Shown piece by piece: positions 53,001 to 64,000 of a DNA stretch of 64,000 nucleotides (positions within the stretch are counted from its first letter, which is position 1; every line of letters begins with the position of its first letter). Source of the DNA: Ylistrum balloti (taxonomy: Eukaryota). The DNA lies in assembly GCF_031769215.1 (NCBI RefSeq), contig NW_026782084.1, forward strand, positions 62,001-126,000, read 5' to 3'. The notes below the pieces were generated by a model. That model was given only the letters and a program-made list of their open reading frames with translations, was not told the origin of the DNA and ran no database searches. Position numbers and translations under genes: made by a program.

Positions 53001-55963
53001 GATTCATGCCAATTCTTTTCCTTTTTTCTGTTCTCAGCCTCTTGGTGATAAATCTCTTCCTGACACCACATGTATATATGTAGTTATGATGCTACCTATG
53101 ATCACCAAAGACAAGTTCTTACAAAATACCTATAAATAGAAACAAAATGAAAAAGTTACCTACTTGGATTAAAGTTCATCTCATCAGATATTTCATCTCT
53201 CAATTTTAAATTGTCCATTCTGAATATGGCCCCAATTGGCTTCTCTTTTATCTGCAATCTCTTTTTTACATGACTATAAGTGGTATAGACTGGCAAACAT
53301 CGTATGCCTAAACAACATTGATAAACTAGTTAACGAGAACCTTCGGCGCTTTCTCTTAACATAAACGCATTGTTAAAAAATTGAAGGAATTTCTCCATGA
53401 TGTTGCGATTGACATTTTCTCGTTGACGGAAAGTGACGAAGGTTTCCGATTGACTTAACCAAAATTAGGTGAACATTGATTAAGCTTTCATACAATAAAC
53501 GCTTTTTTTTTTTTTTTGGTCAATGTTTGAATAAGAAACCTTTGTCGTTTTATTGCAGGTGGTATGGGAGGTATGATGGGCGGTATGCCTGGCATGGGAG
53601 GTATGATGGGCGGTATGCCTAGCATGGGAGGTATGATGGGCGGTATGCCTAGCATGGGAGGTATGATGGGCGGTATGGGAGGTATGATGGGCGGAGGAAA
53701 AGGCGGAATGGGCGAAGGAATGGGCAGTATGGGAGGTATGATGGGCGGTATGCCTGGCATGGGAAGTATGATGGGCGGTATGCCTAGCATGGGAGGTATG
53801 ATGGGCGGCAAAGGAGGAATGGGCGGAGGAAAAGGTGGAATGGGCGAAGGAATGGGCGGTATGGGAGGTATGATGGGCGGTATGCCTGGCATGGGAGGTA
53901 TGATGGGCGGCAAAGGAGGAATGGGCGGAGGAAAAGGTGGAATGGGCGAAGGAATGGGCGGTATGGGAGGTATGATGGGCGGTATGCCTGGCATGGGAGG
54001 TATGATGGGCGGCAAAGGAGGAATGGGCGGAGGAAAAGGTGGAATGGGCGAAGGAATGGGAGGTATGATGGGCGGTATGCCTGGCATGGGAGGTATGATG
54101 GGCGGCAAAGGAGGAATGGGCGGCAAAGGAGGAATGGGCGGAGGAAAAGGTGGAATGGGCGAAGGAATGGGAGGTATGATGGGCGGTAAAGGAGGAATGG
54201 GCGGAGGAAAAGGTGGAATGGGCGAAGGAATGGGAGGTATGATGGGCGGTATGCCTGGCATGGGAGGTATGATGGGCGGCAAAGGAGGAATGGGCGGAGG
54301 AAAAGGTGGAATGGGCGAAGGAATGGGAGGTATGATGGGCGGTATGCCTGGCATGGGAAGTATGATGGGCGGTAAAGGAGGAATGGGCGGGGGAAAAGGT
54401 GGAATGGGCGAAGGAATGGGAGGTATGATGGGCGGTATGCCTAGTATGGGAGGTATGATGGGCGGTATGCCTGGCATGGGAGGTATGATGGGCGGTATGC
54501 CTAGCATGGGAGGTATGATGGGCGGCAAAGGAGGAATGGGCGGAGGAAAAGGTGGAATGGGCGAAGGAATGGGAGGTATGATGGGCGGTATGCCTGGCAT
54601 GGGAGGTATGATGGGCGGTATGCCTAGCATGGGAGGTATGATGGGCGGCAAAGGAGGAATGGGCGGAGGAAAAGGTGGAATGGGCGAAGGAATGGGAGGT
54701 ATGATGGGCGGTATGCCTGGCATGGGAAGTATGATGGGCGGTAAAGGTGGAATGGCCGAAGGAATGGGCGTTATGGGAGGTATGATGGGCGGTATGCCTG
54801 GCATGGGAGGTATGATGGGCGGTATGCCTGGCATGGGAGGTATGATGGGCGGTATGCCTAGCATGGGAGGTATGATGGGCGGTATGCCTAGCATGGGAGG
54901 TATGATGGGCGGTAAAGGAGGAATGGGCGGAGGAAAAGGTGGAATGGGCGAAGGAATGGGCGGTATGGGAGGTATGATGGGCGGAAAAGGAGGAATGGGT
55001 GGAGGAATGGGCGGTATGCCAGGTATGGGAATGGGAGGTATGGGCGGAGGAATGGACGGCATGGGCGGTATGATGGGCGGTAAAGGAGGAATGGGTGGAG
55101 GTATGGGCGGTATGCCTGGTATGGGAGGTATGGGCGGTATGCCTGGTATGGGAGGTATGGGCAGTATGATGGGCGGAAAAGGAGCCATGGGCGGAGGTAT
55201 GGGCGGTATGCCAGGTATGATGAATGGAGGCGGATCTGGAAGCGGCGGGAACGCTATGGGTAAGTTAATTACTAAATTACTAGGAATTAAGTTTAAGTTT
55301 CCGTTTATTAATTTTCTAAACACTTAAATTGATAATATCCATTCACTCTTACCCTGTTCATATAAATCAGAATTATGGACTGGTTCGATATTTACTTCCG
55401 TAAACAAAATTATCTGGATATAATCAACACGGCAAATGTATTCCGCTAACGTTTTCAGACCTAACGCCCATATATATATATATGCACGTGCAAGAAAACT
55501 ATATAACTACAGATTAAATCATCAATGATGATAACAATTATTTCCAAATCACTTCCCGTGTAACTATTTATTTAGAGGATATTAACAATAAATCAACAGT
55601 TTAGAATGAAAAATAAAATCTTTCGTCTGTCTGTCGCTTCTTGTGTAATATCTCAGACCATCACGCCACCTAGTGGCGACGTATAACATAGAAGAAATAA
55701 TTTCCACCTAATTCCAAGTGATCATACGATTGATTTTTTTTATATGTATATAATAGATACTCAAGTGATTTCAGACAAGAAATCAGCAATTTTAAACACC
55801 TGTAACATTATTTTCCAGTTCAAGATGATTATCGTGTCTGCCATGGTTTTTTTTCCCAAGATTTTGCCGTTTTCAAAATGACATTCTCAATACTTGCTAG
55901 TAAGATCCGGCATATGTCCTAATAACACATTTGCACATTCCAGGTGGTGGAAAGAGCTACTAA
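50077..55963 (+). CDS. Secreted Gly/Met-rich repeat protein (~633 aa; GGMMGGMPGM and GGKGGMGGGKGGMGEGM repeats)
   Basis: Exons 50077-50173 (MLSITLFLKPFLLLGLVFGYSAGGTGGAGGKG G|gtaaga), 52792-52875 (gaag|ANGGGKDGG..MMMPS G|gtaat), 53559-55259 (tgcag|..1701 nt..GNAM G|gtaagt), 55944-55963 (ccag|GGGKSY*); AATAAA at 56212-56217. Confidence 0.88.
51092..52745. repeat. 47-bp (44-bp variant) intronic minisatellite, ~35 copies
   Basis: Unit tatgacatgtttgtgttgttgtgtatataagattagggtcctctcta; some units lack one gtt; lies between the 50173 and 52792 exons. Confidence 0.97.
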
Positions 55964-56685
55964 GCTGCCGTCGGTTTTGATATCGTCTAGCTGACTGGGT
56001 ATAACCCATTTCATCTACACTACTAGCGGTCTTTCCTCTCATCGCCCTATGTACCGGCGAGGACAATTCACGTGTACACGGCGGACGAAGCTGTAGAATA
56101 CTTAAACTGTATATAGATTGTACTGAAATGCAAATCGAAGTCTTATCCTATTAGGGGACATATACGTTACATATATTACTGTTTGTTCAATCATTATATA
56201 TTTTTTCTTGAAATAAAAAAAATGCACTGTATTGACTTTTGTTCGCGTTTTGAAACAAGATATATATGTATTCATTCATCACTTCGCAGTCTGAAATTCC
56301 CCAGCTAGGTGATTTGGTGCCGTAGATCCTGAGTTCGAGACCCGGACAGGGCACGAGTCAAACTTGTCTTCCTTTGTTAATTGTGTTACAATTGATATAT
56401 ATAATTTTATCGTATTTATGAACTGAACAAAGAAGTTTTTAATTATCTTACTAAATTCCTAGTTAAATAACCTATGTCTATTTGCAGGTAAGTACATGGG
56501 GGTTGAGCTCACTGTTTTAACAGGTCTATTTATGAATTAACCGTTGTTATATAACTTTTGTAATGAACAGTTTTATCTAATTTACCCCCATTTAATACAA
56601 TCTAATATAGAATAAATAGTATTTACATTCATTTTCAATAGCAATTTAGAATTAAATACAACAGATTAAAAAAATGAATTAAACT

Positions 56686-56734
56686 GCATCAATTGATACA
56701 GCTGTTTCGTCATTCCAGGACTCGTCAGTTATGC
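56686..56734 (-). ncRNA. Solo hammerhead copy with intact core but disrupted helix I
   Basis: Minus strand GCAUAA CUGACGA GUCC UGGAA UGAC GAAA C AGCU GUA UCAAU UGAUGC: palindromic ACAGCUGU; 5-nt insertion after the cleavage triplet. Confidence 0.65.
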
Positions 56735-58805
56735 CAAGAGTCCGAAGTAACGAGAAAGAATCTAAGTAAATCAAGATTGGTCAAATGAAATACGCTCGCC
56801 CTAAACTCAATCTATTTAATCAATTTCAAATTTCAGATAACTTCAAAAGGGCGTTTCATGTCTATTCAAACCTCTATGTTGAAAGACAGTCTTGTGTATC
56901 TGTTAAAACGTGGAATGCCGGTTAATGAATTCGTCCATGTAATATTTTGATATGTGTAAATACCTTCGTATTGATAGTAAAACACAGACGCATGCATGTA
57001 GTGGTTAAGAAAGAACAGCCTTCCCTTATTTGTTCATACAGAAACAAGAAACACCGATATGTATTTTGTCTGATGTTGGGCACATAGTTTACATTACTGC
57101 ATGTATGATAGGGGGGGGGGCTGGTGGTTTATACCAAGGTATGATTAAGGAATATGACTAGGTTTTCTTATTACTGTGTCTTGTTCTACAGTATTCCATT
57201 GCTGTGATTTTTTTTTTAATTTTTGAGGGTGTGTGTTGTTTGTTTGGTTTTTTATCACCTTATAGCCGAAGTTGCTGGAATATACTAACCTTAACAATTT
57301 GATATCACATGCAAAACATATAAAATGCATAAATAATTATATATATATGTAACACTATTAAGTTTTGTTACAGGCTGTTTACTGCACTGATTAATCAAAT
57401 AGGCGTGGTCCTTGATCTAGTATACAGTAATAAACAAAGTCACAAACATGGTTTATGTCTACTTTCATTCATCTGAACTTCAAGTGACCTGATAATAAAG
57501 GAAAATCTTCAGAAGTCACACAGCATAGATGTTCTGACACAGATTGTGATATTCCGTGTGATAAACATTTAATAAACAAACACATATGCAATTCCTTGAC
57601 AAACCTGACGTATTGGTATAAAACAATTCCTGAATCAGTATGAGCAGTGTCAAAAACTTTCTCTGCCCCCTCCCCCCTCAAAAAAAATACCCCAAAACCA
57701 AACCAAACCAAAAAAAAAAGAAAGAAAGAAAAGGTCCCTCGCTATTTACCCTCTATCTATTTTCGGGTAGAATCACACATATTAGTTGTTTTTATCTTTA
57801 GGTCTTTTAACTTACAAGCAAAACACTGTGGGCCTGTGACAAGGCTTACAACATCACAGAGCTCACACTGTAACAAACACATATATCCTAAAACTAACAC
57901 AGAATATACCGTCATGTCAGCAGAATTATAATCCAAACCCTAATTGAAAAAAGTATTCAAAATATGAACAAAAGAAAGATTTACACAGAGAATCCTGATG
58001 TTATACAAAGAAGACATGACCAGGTGTGACAGAAGTGTAGACATCTACGGCTTTATCAATAACACTCGCAAGTAAATAAAACATAGCAGAATGAAAACAC
58101 CAGGCAAACAATGGAAATATTCACAATAGGGAAAAGAAGAAAACCTCACACTTATTCAGCTTGGTGGAAAGCTTTTCTTGTTGGTTTCATCATAGGAAAA
58201 GATGGAAGTAAAGGGCTGATGTAGAAGAGACTGTCATGGAAATTATGTGATTTAATTCTGTCTCTGGTTATTGCACTCAGTCATTCAGACACACAAAAGT
58301 CTGTACATTACTTCTTTTCAACATATTTATTATACATCATCATCAATTACATTTAATTCTAGATTTACAAATGCACATTTTATGTGACATACTTAGACTA
58401 ATTAACATGTACATGTACACCTCATTTGTTCAACTTTTAGATACGAACTACGACTTATAATTGTACAAAATTGTTAAAATTACAGATTAACATATTGAGA
58501 TTTACTTCAATTTTCCAGTCTGAGTTACATACAACGATTCTTAAAGTGTCGCCATTCTCAAGCATACATATATGTCATTAAATTTAACTTTTACTCTAAC
58601 CTGAATAATACCATAGTATTGTACTTGGATAAGTAAACTCTGTATCCGAGATGTGTTTGCAAAATTCAAAAGCAAAACAACAGCAAATTTCTTGAATATA
58701 TCACCTATCTCCAGTGTAGAAATACATAACAACCGAAGCTTGCAATCATTCAGCCTGTAACCATTTTGTTCTATTATAAAGCTTTAGAGTTGAAATGAAG
58801 GTTTA

Positions 58806-60554
58806 TCAGTCTTCTTCAGAGAAAAGCATTTTTACCAAATCATCATTAGCGCACTGCTCCTCTTCAAGTTTATTCGGCTGAAATTAAAAGAGTATAAAAT
58901 CAGGTACAGTCATCATCAAGTAAACATAGTTTTTATACTCGTAAATTATCAATAAATATTTAAAGATAAATTGAATATTTAAAAGAATATTGTATTGGTT
59001 TTACCATCATGGGTTTATTTACATGTCTATATGTGTAAGTCTTCTATACCTTTCCCAATATCATCAAGGTAGGAACACACTTCAGTCCCAACTTGGTTCT
59101 AAAATCATTTTTCTGGTCTTTCCAACTGAAACAAAATATAAATTTATGATTTTAGTCTGACAGTTAAACACAAATTTTCTCTAAATTCATATCAAGAAGC
59201 ATCAGTATATATTTCTGAAGTTAGAAGCACAGGAAGTTTCTTGTTATACAGGTATGTTGTAATACCATTGACTCATTGTAAGCAAGATATGTATTTCTTT
59301 TTTTCATTTTACACTGCAAGTAGGTGTACATTGTATTTTCACCCTTATTAATGCATGAATTTTGTTTTCAGATTTTATTATGAAAGAGAGTTTTAAAAAT
59401 GGAAAAAAATTGTGTTGATATAAAAGAAGATTACCAGAATTCAAACAATTCTAGACTGATGAAATATATTTTTCACCTTGTGATTTAAATCAATAAATTT
59501 AACAGACATTTACTTACTAGTCTCTGCCACCAACTCCACAATGAATGAATACAGCATCATTTGGGGCACTCGCCACATTTCTCGACACTACAGGATCAGC
59601 TACAAATAGTGCATAAGAATACTATTATACATGTTTTATGGAAATGCTAACAGGTTCAAAATCTTCTTAAGTTTTGAAATGTTATTAGACACACTTGTTA
59701 TTTCCTTTAATTTCAATAAAGAATTGTATTTTTTTTATTTCTCATACAAAATATCAAAAACATCAGGACATGATGTGATGTCTTCATAGCTCCTTGAATA
59801 TAAATGCACTAATGTACACAATAATAGACCATTATATAATTCATAAGTAAATAGCAATTAGTAACAGGGATAATGCTCGAGAAACATTTGAGTATGAATA
59901 GAAGAAGAGGGAAAAACTAGTTGTTCTATAGTAATATTTTGCTTTGTGTTTGTTTTTTTTATTCGTTTTTTTTTTCTCTTTTTTCCCCATGCCTATAAGG
60001 ACAATTTTACAACTTCTACCTCATACATTTTCCCTTATTATGACCCTTTTCATTACTACATCCTTCTCTCTCTTTTCTTTTTTTCTCTCTCTTTGGTAGC
60101 AGTTATTTTTTACTAATCATAATTAGGGTTCTATGTTCTGTTTGTTATGTCTCTCAGTGTAAAAGTGTTTTATTAAAGTAATCAAGTGATGATATGTGCA
60201 TACGATGATGCTGATGATGACGTCATCCACGTGACGAATGTGTATGTAAGGGTATGTGAGTGTATGTTACTATCCTGTGCTGTGTAGTTATACATTACTA
60301 AAAATCTCAAAAGAAACAAAAAACCTAGAAAAAAAAGATTTCTAGGCAAACCGAAAGTACAGGAAGTTTATGTTTCAATTAGAGTAGCCTCCCCTACACA
60401 ACATCTGTTACCTACCAGCCACACAGTCGGGGCACCAGTTTTTACCCTCGTCATTCACGGAACCTGAAAAGAGTGCAAATATCGTCTTGCCCTTGTGTTC
60501 CTCTGCCACCTCTTCAAACTTTGTGATACCCTCAACATGTACCTGTATCACCAT
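58806..60554 (-). CDS. TXNDC17: Thioredoxin domain-containing protein 17 (TRP14), 122 aa
   Basis: Exons 60554-60416 (..EGKNWCPDCVA), 59599-59518 (ADPVV..FIHCGVGGRDY), 59125-59050 (WKDQKNDFRTKLGLKCVPTL), 58877-58806 (PNKLEEEQCANDDLVKMLFSEED*); diagnostic WCPDC motif; all GT-AG and in frame. Confidence 0.95.
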
Positions 60555-61111
60555 GCTGAAATGTGATTCTGCTAATCGTCCGCAGGTAAGTGTAGAGACT
60601 CCCACCGTGTTATCTTTGCATCTACTTCCGGTCTGTCTAAATATTTTATGAAAGCACGGAAAATGGATATCCGGTTTTTTTAAAAAACAAAATGGTAACG
60701 ACATATGTTAAATAAGGTTTTCTCGTTGAAAGTAGAGTTAGTATTAATTAGTCAAATTTCAGAAGTAGAAAATCGACCTTGAATAAAGGGATCAAACAAA
60801 TTGATACATACATATGTGTGAACATGAGACCACGATTTAATATACATTACATGATTGAGACACATCAGCACGACGATATAACAGTGTTATTAATTTGTAG
60901 TTTAAATTTAAATTATAATCCTCCCACTAAACTAATTCTACAAGATCTTGTAATGAAACAACTTAAATATATGTATATATTTGACACTGGAAAACAACAT
61001 AGGGATTCTGGATGTATGAGGAAATCAAAGGCAAAGCATATGACATTTTTGACGTTCGCTGCCTTTGATAGTGCAGTGAGTGTTAGCAAGGGAACTGGAT
61101 TCTGTCTCACA

Positions 61112-61303
61112 NNNNNNNNNNNNNNNNNNNNNNNNNNNNNNNNNNNNNNNNNNNNNNNNNNNNNNNNNNNNNNNNNNNNNNNNNNNNNNNNNNNNNNNNN
61201 NNNNNNNNNNNNNNNNNNNNNNNNNNNNNNNNNNNNNNNNNNNNNNNNNNNNNNNNNNNNNNNNNNNNNNNNNNNNNNNNNNNNNNNNNNNNNNNNNNNN
61301 NNN
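61112..61303. other. Assembly gap (192 N)
   Basis: Run of n. Confidence 1.
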
Positions 61304-61999
61304 NACATTAGAAATACGTTTGAAAGTCACAAGTGTAGCTTATGAAGATCCCTGACTACCCACTGCTTTACCGCTCAGGGGCCTAGCAAGCCCAGCAGAA
61401 ATGTGTAAGTCAAGGTGAGGGGTCTGAATTTCATGATTTCAAAGACGTTTTGAATGGTTTTCTGAGAGTTTTTTTTTATTTATTTAACAACAAACTTCAA
61501 CCCCTGATATCTGATAGCTGCAAAGATGGTATGATATCTATTTTCAACCTTAGTTTTGTAATTTTGTCCGACATACTCTATGCACGGACTTTTTATATTT
61601 GTAAGCCCGTGCTTTCTATGGAAGCTACGCCCCTGCCGCTGTACAGTATAAGTTCTGAATTATATGATCCATGGCATGGGTCATAATTGATAACACAAAT
61701 AAATATTGAAAATACTGTGACTGTTCAGTATATCTGTCCACTGATAAAAGGGCTATCAGCAATATTGTGTACATAAAATTGCCTGACATCATAAATTCAA
61801 TGTCTCTGGCACGATCAAAGCACACATTAGCAACCCGGACTGCTATGTCTTAATACGTGACTCCCTACTTTTGGAACCACTTTCTTTGATTTTTCAGACC
61901 CGAAATTAATATTTCAGCTCGTTACTTGACCTTAGAAATATATTTTATTATTTCAATATCAAAGTAATTGAAATAAATTCAAGGAAATTGAATCTAAAT

Positions 62000-63340
62000 G
62001 TCAATGATTTTATACTTCTGGAAACACTAAAACGTTAATCACAACCAACCGAACTTAAAATTAGTAACTGAAAAAAAAACTGCATTCACGGTATACTGCA
62101 TTATTTGACGCGGCAGTGCTCACACCAACAAATTTAGCCCTTTTGGCGTTCACATTTTGAACTAATGGTGAGGTCGACATTTCTTCAGAGAGGGGATGTT
62201 TGTTCTCCTTGCTTTCCTCAAATGGAGGAGGGTTCAGAATGGAAGACACTTTAGCAGTGATGTCATCATTTGACCGTTTATATTTACGCATTGCAGTTTG
62301 TGACCTGTGACCAGTACGGTTCATTATCTCCTGTTCATCAACCCCTGATGCCAACAGTTGAGTAGCGCGTTTGCCGCTATGAGTGAAATTGGATCGCCAC
62401 AAATCACTTTAACAATAAAACTCCTCAGTTTATTTCTTCCAACTGTTTGACTGCCAAACCGAATCTGTGTTTCTCGGGGGAACCTGGTAATGGTTGTCTA
62501 TAAAACGGTCCTTTTTCTCCCATAGCGAGGAGGTAAGCACTAAAATAGTCGGCGATGCACCGGCTACCTGTATATAAATAGAATGAGTCAGTATTTAATG
62601 TTAATGTCTTATCGACAGCTAAGGTGACTCAAGTACAGCGTAAAGTGTGACAGTAATACCGAATAATCTTCAAATACTTGAAACCAAAGAGAGGTATTTT
62701 TAGCGACAAAAAATAATCAACTTTTAAAATGCGAAATGAAGTTTCCCAATGCATTTGCAACACTTCTTATCAATTATTAATTACATTTGTGCAGATCTGC
62801 TGAAATCACAGCATTAACTTACATACATTTTCACTGCACATCTTCTCTTCATCGCTTACGGTTAATGGGATCCGCTTGCCCCACAGCACAGCCGATTCCT
62901 TGGTCTATCAAAAGTTTTGTGCGTCCATCAAGGACTAGCCTAAAAACGACGAATTCTTTATTCTTTTCCTCCTGAAAATTCTTGTCAAATATGTTGTTAT
63001 CGCGCGAGTGTCTGTATAGCTCACAGGCGATCAGGTACATGCTCTTTTGGGATACTCCGTCCTGTCGTCGGGTTTCTGCTATGAATCGCTGTAGATGATA
63101 TTCCATGCTGATAGCATCCATGTCCAGAATACTATCACTTATACCTCCTTCCTTTCGCCATTTCTCGGATACGTTTGGTATTTGTCTTGGTATTAACATT
63201 TTCTTGTGCATTATCAGATCAATCAAATCTTCATCAGATACCGCAGACGCAAACCTATTGCTGTCTGCTTCTGGTTTAGACATGGCAATTTCCTGCTCTT
63301 CATATATATTTAATAAATCTGTAGGTAATTCCAACAAAAA
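62000..63340 (-). mobile_element. Degenerate Crypton-type (tyrosine recombinase / DUF3504-like) DNA transposon
   Basis: C-terminal NFTHSGKRATQLLASGVDEQEIMNRTGHRSQTAMRKYKR (YR box II H..R..TGH..Y), upstream GPFYRQPL, and N-terminal RFASAVSDED..LQRFIAETRRQDG..FRLVLDGRTKLLIDQGIG; interrupted by frameshifts. Confidence 0.82.
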
Positions 63341-64000
63341 TTACCCATTTCTACTTATTTGCCTCCTGCTTCATGTTCGTCCGTTTCATATTTTGATACA
63401 GTTTGAGACACCAACAGAGACTGTAAACGTTCAAATATATTATCTCATTTTCGATGTTCTCGCATGCGTGAGAGAGCATTAAATCGTCTAAATCCTCTTT
63501 CTCTTTCTCAAAGCCATTTTTTGCAAATTACCTTGCAATCTGACCTCAAGTCCATCTTCCCACGCGTTCCGGTACTGATGCAATCAACATGTGAATCATT
63601 CTATCTTGACTGGTAAAAAGGAGGACATGATTAGATGACCAAATGCGTACCAAGTGGGCGTATTATGTTACATAACATTTATTGCAATTTCGGTATCTGA
63701 TTGGACAGGATGATCGAAATTTAGCTATGGCTGACGCTACTCGTCATTCCACACCCTTCCTGTCTATTTCAAATACCAAAATTGTAAAACAGTAAAGAAT
63801 GAAACAAATATTACACAGAAAATATTTCTGCAATAACATTGTCCATTTATTACATTTTTATGAGATATTTTAGTTATGATCAGTTAAATTTACATAAAAT
63901 ATTTTTATACAAGATAAATTCACAAAATGCAAAAAAATTGAACAAACGCATAAATGAATTATTACTGCAAGTGTTAAAAGGTCTCCCTTCGCACCAGACA

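Noticed and set aside
55260-55327. ORF-track C-termini such as KLITKLLGIKFKFPFINFLNT, RLFSTLSMRSNFN and KIFRSFN
   Set aside because: They begin at strong GT donors and are intron read-through; in-frame terminal micro-exons exist downstream.
56300-56352. tRNA or tRNA-derived SINE head (gagttcgagaccc B-box-like)
   Set aside because: No convincing A box or cloverleaf; too short to support.
58806-60554. Functional link between TXNDC17 and Met oxidation of the neighbouring proteins
   Set aside because: TXNDC17 has no signal peptide, has housekeeping-type structure, and mammalian TRP14 is reported, as I recall, not to support methionine sulfoxide reductase; adjacency is probably just synteny.

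Overview
AT-rich eukaryotic genomic DNA, most likely a bivalve mollusc (species not assignable), with two assembly gaps. The window holds a cluster of seven spliced genes for secreted proteins, most of them low-complexity and Gly/Met-rich, that the ORF track shows only as fragments. Five lie on the minus strand: three abductin-like genes (two are an ~8.4-kb tandem duplication), a 63-aa secreted peptide and a 209-aa furin-type proprotein. Two very Met-rich 570-630 aa proteins lie on the plus strand. Most have a TATA box and short non-coding first exon, all coding introns are phase 1, and four end in a tiny Tyr-terminated exon; this looks like a hinge-ligament elastomer locus. Between the two divergent arms is a 9 x 45-bp tandem array whose units are almost entirely minimal hammerhead ribozyme, alternating A/B with mutually complementary helix-III strands; degenerate solo copies are scattered through the window. 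TXNDC17 lies at the right end. Other content: an intact 162-bp MITE with a 6-bp TSD, Penelope-like, Tc1 and Crypton remnants, and 30-, 47- and 57-bp minisatellites. All gene models were built by eye from splice signals and frame arithmetic; family assignments are from recall and need database confirmation.
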